A DNA stretch of 64,000 nt from an uncultured Verrucomicrobiae bacterium (GTDB taxonomy: Bacteria > Verrucomicrobiota > Verrucomicrobiia > Chthoniobacterales > Chthoniobacteraceae), in NCBI GenBank assembly GCA_963828525.1, contig CAWHEP010000014.1, forward strand, positions 326,199 to 390,198. The letters run 5' to 3'. Positions 58,497-64,000 of the stretch are shown here, in pieces. The position numbers were made by a program, and so were the translations under genes. The notes under the pieces are model-generated. The model had not been told where the DNA came from. It did not search any database and saw nothing but the letters and a program-made list of their open reading frames with translations. The first letter of the stretch is position 1. Every line of letters starts with the position of its first letter.

Positions 58497-60923
58497 ATGA
58501 AAAACCTTTCCTGCGGCCACACCCACGCAAGCAACACAAAGCATCGCCTTCAGGCTCATGTGTTCCTCCTTGCAGCCGCAACTTTGGCGCTGGGTATGTC
58601 CGCGCTGGGGGCGAAGGAGCCGGTTGATTACGTGAACCCATTTATCGGCGCGGGGAGCAGCAAGCCTACTCCCGAGGAGCTGGCGCGGCTGACCGGGCTG
58701 GATCCACGCTTCGAGGGGTTCCATGGCAAGCTTTTCCCTGGCTCCTGCACGCCAGCGGGCATGGTGCAGTTAAGCCCCGATACCATCACTGGCGGGGACA
58801 ATGGAGCAGGGTACTCCTACCCGCATACCACCATCCAGGGATTTAGTTTCAACCACATGAGCGGAGTGGGCGCGCATGGTGATCTCGGCAACTTCATGGT
58901 CATGCCAACGACCGGTCCGCTGAAGACCTGGTACGGAGAGACGGATAAGCCTGGCACTGGGTATTTATCATCTTATTCCAAGAAGACGGAAGTGGCGCAG
59001 GCGGGGTACTACGCGGTGGTTCTGGACGATTATAAGATTGGCGCGGAGGTCACGAGCGCGCCTCGCAGCGGGATACTGCGATTCACGTTCCCGAAAGATC
59101 CCGCCGGGCGAATCCAGATCGATCTTGCCAGGCGGGTGGGCGGCACATCGCTCCACCAAACGGTAAAGGTAACCGATGACCATACAATTGAGGGTCGCAT
59201 TGATTGCTCGCACGCGGGGGGCGGGTGGCTCTACGGAAATGTGAATTACACAGTTTACTACCACGCCGAGTTTAGCAGGCCGCTGAAAACATTTGGCGTA
59301 TGGAGCGCCACATTGCCTCCGGCCATGCATGGGAACCCGCTTGTTAATCCCGCCTTCGTCGCGGCTTGCCAACAGGCGCGGATAATCCCCGGCTGCCGCG
59401 AAACAGAAGGGCAGCATCTGGGATTTTACGCGGAGTTTCCGACGCAGGAGAAGGAGGCGATCCTCCTCAAGACTGGCATCTCATATGTCAGCATCGACAA
59501 TGCTCGCGCGAATCTTGCCGCTGAGGTTCCGGCATGGGACTTCGATGGGGTCCGCCGTCAGGCCCGCGAATTATGGGCCAAGGCGCTAAATCGAATGTCT
59601 GTGCAAGGGGGCACCGAAGATCAAAAGACCGCCTTCTATACGGCGATGTATCACGCGCTGGTGGATCCCCGGATCGCGTCCGACGTGAATGGGGACTATG
59701 CTGGGGGCGACGGCAAAGCGCATCAAGCCAAAGGCTTCATCAAGCGCACCATCTTCAGCGGATGGGATATTTATCGCAGCCAATATCCGCTGCTTACCAT
59801 CATCGCGCCGGATATCATCAATGACCAAATCAACAGCGTGATCGCGCTGGCGAGCGAAACCGGAAATGATTACTTCGACCGCTGGGAACTGTTGAACTCC
59901 TATACCGGTTGCATGTCCGGGAGCCCCGAAGTGATCGTAATTAATGACGCGTATCAGAAAGGCATCCGCAATTACGACCTGGCCAAGGCCTACGATTATT
60001 CTCTAAAAACTTGCGTCAAGAATAGCAATGGTCCTTCAGGGTATTACACAGGGGGCCACGGGCTTGCCATCACCCTGGAGAACGCGTTCTGTGAGTGGAA
60101 CCTTTCACAACTGGCTTCCTCGCTCGGTCACGCCGCCGACGCGAAAAAGTACGCGGCTGGCGGAGAAGCCTACCACCTCGTGTTTGATCCCGACGCGCCA
60201 TGGACGTACGACAAGTCCGGGAAGACAGACCATCCTGAATGGAAGGGGTGGGTCCGGTTCAAAAAGAAAGATGGGAGCTGGGTGCCGTGGGAGGGGCTGA
60301 CATCGGGGAACGGAGGCATGGAGTCGACCATCTTCGAGACGGGCTGGTTTTTTCCGCAAGATGTCCCGGGTCTTATCAAACTCCTCGGTGGAAAAGAGAC
60401 GTTCGTCGCGAAGCTCTCCGAATTTTTTGACCGGGTGCAAAAGCTCAACAAGGGCAACCCTTATTACGACCAGACCAACGAGCCGAGTCACCTCGCCGCC
60501 TTCCTCTTCAACAGGGCGGGAGCGCCATGGCTGACTCAGAAATGGGTGCGCCGGTTGACCAGCGAGACGTACGGAGCGAAGCCCAATGGACTGTGCGGCG
60601 ATGATGATGAAGGCCAGGTATCGGCGTGGTTCGTACTTGCCGCGAGCGGATTGCACCAGGCGTGTCCAGGAGACCCCAGATTCGAAATCTTCACGCCTCT
60701 CTTCGAAAAGATCACCTTGAACCTCAATCCTGTCTATTCAAAGGGGCAGGCTTTTGTGATCACCGCGAAGAACAACTCTCCTGAGAATGTCTTCATCCAA
60801 TCGGCCGCTCTAAACGGCCGCGCAATCAATCGCTGCTGGCTGACGTATTCTGAAATCACAGCAGGAGGCTCTCTTGACCTCGTGCTTGGCTCTCAGCCCA
60901 ATAAAAACTGGGGTATCGAGTAA
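58497..60923 (+). CDS. Alpha-1,2-mannosidase-like glycoside hydrolase, GH92
   Basis: YVNPFIG, MVQLSPDT, FSGWDIYR, TNEPSH and CGDDDEGQVSAW motifs. Confidence 0.9.
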   Translation: MKNLSCGHTHASNTKHRLQAHVFLLAAATLALGMSALGAKEPVDYVNPFIGAGSSKPTPEELARLTGLDPRFEGFHGKLFPGSCTPAGMVQLSPDTITGGDNGAGYSYPHTTIQGFSFNHMSGVGAHGDLGNFMVMPTTGPLKTWYGETDKPGTGYLSSYSKKTEVAQAGYYAVVLDDYKIGAEVTSAPRSGILRFTFPKDPAGRIQIDLARRVGGTSLHQTVKVTDDHTIEGRIDCSHAGGGWLYGNVNYTVYYHAEFSRPLKTFGVWSATLPPAMHGNPLVNPAFVAACQQARIIPGCRETEGQHLGFYAEFPTQEKEAILLKTGISYVSIDNARANLAAEVPAWDFDGVRRQARELWAKALNRMSVQGGTEDQKTAFYTAMYHALVDPRIASDVNGDYAGGDGKAHQAKGFIKRTIFSGWDIYRSQYPLLTIIAPDIINDQINSVIALASETGNDYFDRWELLNSYTGCMSGSPEVIVINDAYQKGIRNYDLAKAYDYSLKTCVKNSNGPSGYYTGGHGLAITLENAFCEWNLSQLASSLGHAADAKKYAAGGEAYHLVFDPDAPWTYDKSGKTDHPEWKGWVRFKKKDGSWVPWEGLTSGNGGMESTIFETGWFFPQDVPGLIKLLGGKETFVAKLSEFFDRVQKLNKGNPYYDQTNEPSHLAAFLFNRAGAPWLTQKWVRRLTSETYGAKPNGLCGDDDEGQVSAWFVLAASGLHQACPGDPRFEIFTPLFEKITLNLNPVYSKGQAFVITAKNNSPENVFIQSAALNGRAINRCWLTYSEITAGGSLDLVLGSQPNKNWGIE

Positions 60924-60926
60924 GTA

Positions 60927-61814
60927 TTACGGCGCTGCTGGGGCGCCGTCGTGTTTCACGATGTAATCAACCACCGGAGTGGGATCGTCCAGCCCATGAG
61001 GATGATGGCCGATCCCGGGTTTGTGGATCACCCGCATCTCGCCGCCCAGCGCTCGATAGCGCGCTTCCATGATCGCCGTGTTCTCCGCGACAGGCACCGT
61101 GTCATCGGCGTCTCCTACGACGTGGATGAGGGGCACCCCTGCCTTGGCAAGCGGCTGGAGAATGTCGATGGGGTTGCCTGAGTAGGCGAGAGCTTCCGCC
61201 TCGTTTTTGAACCCATAGCAGCCTATAAGGGCCGCCCAATCTTTTACACTGCCCTTCCCCTTACCTTTGCCGCCGGGCCAGCTTTTGAAGTCGCATACCG
61301 GCGCGTCGCCGTAAATGACACTTACCTTCAGCGGGTTTTCTGCAGCCCATCTGTAGGCGTACAGACCGCCCCGGCTGATGCCAATAAGCGCGACTTTGCT
61401 TGAGAGGCCGCGGGCGTGAACAGAGTCGTAAAAGGCGTCGAACTGCTTCACGGCGGCTGGGCACCCGAAGGTGTTACCCACAGATATGTGGGCGTGGTAA
61501 AAACCCTTCGCGAGGAGGGCCTGCGCAGCGCATCGGTCTGTGTAAACGTCAGCGAACTCCATGCACCATGACCATGGCTTTCCGGGCAGCGGCGTGGCGG
61601 GCTCCGCGACCCATGCCTTGCAGCCACTAATCACGAAGTTATGACGCGTGAAGCCGTGCCACTGATCCATTGTCTCATCCGGCCACGACAAGCCCGCTCC
61701 GGCGGCCCCGCACTTCTGTTCCGAAACGAACATCGTCGCGGCATAGAGGACCAGACAGACCGCGCTGCGTCGCAGCCAGTTGGACGGGACCGTGAGGGTC
61801 ATCATCGGATTCAA
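60927..61814 (-). CDS. Secreted alpha/beta hydrolase (esterase-like)
   Basis: GISRGG nucleophile elbow, GDADDTVP and GHHPH. Confidence 0.8.
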   Translation of the reverse strand: MNPMMTLTVPSNWLRRSAVCLVLYAATMFVSEQKCGAAGAGLSWPDETMDQWHGFTRHNFVISGCKAWVAEPATPLPGKPWSWCMEFADVYTDRCAAQALLAKGFYHAHISVGNTFGCPAAVKQFDAFYDSVHARGLSSKVALIGISRGGLYAYRWAAENPLKVSVIYGDAPVCDFKSWPGGKGKGKGSVKDWAALIGCYGFKNEAEALAYSGNPIDILQPLAKAGVPLIHVVGDADDTVPVAENTAIMEARYRALGGEMRVIHKPGIGHHPHGLDDPTPVVDYIVKHDGAPAAP

Positions 61815-63874
61815 AGCTTCTTATTCTCGTCGAGTTCAAGCCGGACGTAATCGTACAGCGCCCCGTCTGTCCAACTGCGGGCGCCCTTGGTCAGGCCGAA
61901 TACGTTCTCTCCTTTTAAAAGCAGAGCGGCATCAAACACGATATCGCGTTCGTAAACGGCATCCGCCCGGATGCCATCGCGGTGCATCACGCCCGATCCT
62001 GGGACTTCGCCCGTGGTGCCAATCGGCTTCCCGTTGAGAGTTACGTCCACAGGGGGGCCATCGAAAGCCGCGAATACCAAACGCAGCGTGGCAGTGCCAT
62101 GCATAGGCTGGTCAACCGTGTAGTGGACGCGCCAGGTCGTCGGCAACCATTTTCCGGGATTTTTCTTTGCTGGAGCTCCCTTGCCGCCCGGGGCATCCGT
62201 GCCTGCGGTGGCCGTGGCGGGTAAGAGATTGAAGGCCGCGCTTTGCGCGTCTGCAGGGCGCGGAGGCTGCGCGTAGTTCCAGTCCGTCCGATAGTCACTT
62301 TTCCCGATGACATAGTCCACGTCGTTCGGGAACTCCTTCGGGTAAAGGCCATAAAGACCCCATTGCCAATAGTGATCGCCGTGACGAAATTCGCCCGCGC
62401 TGCGATCCGGGATGCCAATGTCCCAGAGCTGCCGTCCATAGCGGACTGGAGTCCAGGTGAGATCGCCTAATTCGGTGGTCTTGCCAGCTTGAATCACGAC
62501 GTTCTCGTGACACATGTCGCCAAGGATGCCGTTGTTGAACGCGTAAAGATTATACGTTCCCGGCCTCGCGTTTGGAACGGTGAACCGCCCATCGGAATCG
62601 GCACGAATCCAATACCCGTAATGTTTCCCGTCCGTCTGCCAGTCGATCGTGAGTTTGCCGCCTTTTGGGAGAGTGATGTCATAAGGGGGCGAGGCCAGGC
62701 CTACCCATGCGCCCGCGGCAGTGGCCTTCCCGTCCTGAGGGTCTTTGACAGTGAGATGTCCGCTCGCGCTGCCCCGCTCTTCCTTGTGCTCGTAGCCTGG
62801 GGCGACAGCCCATTCGTACGGCCACGCCTTTCTTTCAGCCGCGGCGCGCGCCAAGGCGTCCTCGTACATTGCTTTCGGGGTCGGACCTGAATTGCAGTAG
62901 AACAAAAACGGGCCAAGAATTTTGCTCCATGACTCTCCCGCGTTGATCTGGGCCATTTTCCCTCCGAAATGAGGGCTCTGCCAGATGAAGAGCAGAGTGG
63001 GATCGGCCGGCAACGAAGCCTTCACGTCAATGTGACCGCCGTAGTCGTTCATGACAGGGGGGCCGTTCAGATACTCGATGCTGGGGTTCACAATAAAGAG
63101 ACCGACATTCTTTTTCGTGCTGCTCCAGCCCCATGCCGGAGTCTCGGAAAACAACATGTCGTAGTCATACTTGTGCTCGACGAGGCCCTTGCGCGGCCCC
63201 GTGTTGATGAGGCGGGCTTCCCACATGTTCAACTGTGTGCCTTTCACCCAGTCTTCCGGTGATGTCATCAACGTCTGGCGGCGGCTGTCGATGGAGAGGA
63301 AGTCGAATACGTCAGGGTTCAGCTTCAGGCAGACGGTATTGACAGCCATATCCCAAGGCAGGTGCCGCGCGGAATGATTCGCGATTTGCCATCCATAAAA
63401 GCCTGACTCCCCTCTGCGGAGGGTGAAACGAAGCTCCAGATCCATGGCGACAGTGTCTGGCTGGCCTGACGCGGGGAAGCGGATGCTTAACTCGCCCATC
63501 TCCCCGCCGTTCTTTGCCGGATCCTGGGTGATGGCGCATGTGGAGGGTTCCCCCCGTTCCTGGGTGTACTTCTCAGCGGCCACCAGCTTGCCGTCCGCGT
63601 CTTTATGGGCAGGAACCCCGCCGTAGAAGTTAAAATACCCGCCCCCCTTGCTGAGCAACTCCTGCCCCTTATACTGGATAGAGCGAAACGTGGCGTTCTT
63701 CTTGTTCACCACGACGGTGACAACACCATTTCCCAGCGTGGCAGTCGTGTCTTCCATCGTTATGGTGACGGGATCGCCGGTGGCCGGAGAGGATGCGGCG
63801 TTGAGCGTGGCAGCGACGCTCAGGAGTAGAACCATTCCAGCGAGGAAGCACCGGGCAGGGGGGTGTGTGTTCAT
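61811..63874 (-). CDS. Polysaccharide lyase family 4 (rhamnogalacturonan lyase)
   Basis: GESGFY, VEHKYDY, WPYEW, LWDIGIPDRSAGEF, SDYRTDWNY and YDYVRLE motifs. Confidence 0.88.
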   Translation of the reverse strand: MNTHPPARCFLAGMVLLLSVAATLNAASSPATGDPVTITMEDTTATLGNGVVTVVVNKKNATFRSIQYKGQELLSKGGGYFNFYGGVPAHKDADGKLVAAEKYTQERGEPSTCAITQDPAKNGGEMGELSIRFPASGQPDTVAMDLELRFTLRRGESGFYGWQIANHSARHLPWDMAVNTVCLKLNPDVFDFLSIDSRRQTLMTSPEDWVKGTQLNMWEARLINTGPRKGLVEHKYDYDMLFSETPAWGWSSTKKNVGLFIVNPSIEYLNGPPVMNDYGGHIDVKASLPADPTLLFIWQSPHFGGKMAQINAGESWSKILGPFLFYCNSGPTPKAMYEDALARAAAERKAWPYEWAVAPGYEHKEERGSASGHLTVKDPQDGKATAAGAWVGLASPPYDITLPKGGKLTIDWQTDGKHYGYWIRADSDGRFTVPNARPGTYNLYAFNNGILGDMCHENVVIQAGKTTELGDLTWTPVRYGRQLWDIGIPDRSAGEFRHGDHYWQWGLYGLYPKEFPNDVDYVIGKSDYRTDWNYAQPPRPADAQSAAFNLLPATATAGTDAPGGKGAPAKKNPGKWLPTTWRVHYTVDQPMHGTATLRLVFAAFDGPPVDVTLNGKPIGTTGEVPGSGVMHRDGIRADAVYERDIVFDAALLLKGENVFGLTKGARSWTDGALYDYVRLELDENKKL

Positions 63875-64000
63875 GGGTTTGACTAAGCAGTTGAAAGAAG
63901 TTGTGGATCAGAGGCTTTGGGGCCACAGCCACCAAAGCGCGCTGGTAACGCCACGCGGGTAATGCCGGCAGCCATAAGCGATATGGGAACTGGTGTAGAT

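Noticed and set aside
1..64000. tRNA or rRNA genes
   Set aside because: None recognised by eye; no covariance search was possible.

Overview
GC-rich bacterial window; gene content and repeat style suggest a PVC-group (Verrucomicrobia-like) organism, which is an inference. Layout: 1-7.1 kb, heptose-pathway genes (hddA/hddC/gmhA-like) facing a glycosyltransferase/oxidoreductase operon. 7-19.7 kb, membrane and housekeeping genes (HTTM protein, KimA-like permease, MFS, ABC transporter with a CPBP-protease fusion). 19.8-23.9 kb, a sigma-54 activator, sensor kinase and response regulator. 23.9-35 kb, an accessory island punctuated by five same-orientation copies of a ~390-bp composite repeat with 24-bp terminal inverted repeats. 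Its cargo is a secreted-peptide/LolA-like/C39 operon, gene fragments, a PLD-like orphan and a duplicated DUF1778-GNAT toxin-antitoxin pair; a VapBC-like pair follows. 35-47 kb, a PL4 lyase and a kdp operon with two small membrane peptides, a truncated KdpD and no KdpE. 47-64 kb, a pectin/glycan-degradation cluster with a fructose-family PTS. Best leads: (1) identical sigma-54 promoter plus enhancer architecture upstream of both the kinase operon and kdpFABC, implying a KdpE-independent sigma-54 potassium regulon; (2) the repeat-punctuated cassette array, with no integrase in view; (3) a tandem peptide + LolA-like + C39 operon hidden by frameshifts. Five of about eight frameshifts abut GTAC, which suggests methylation-linked sequencing errors rather than true pseudogenes. 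All family calls come from motif recognition by eye; no database was searched.
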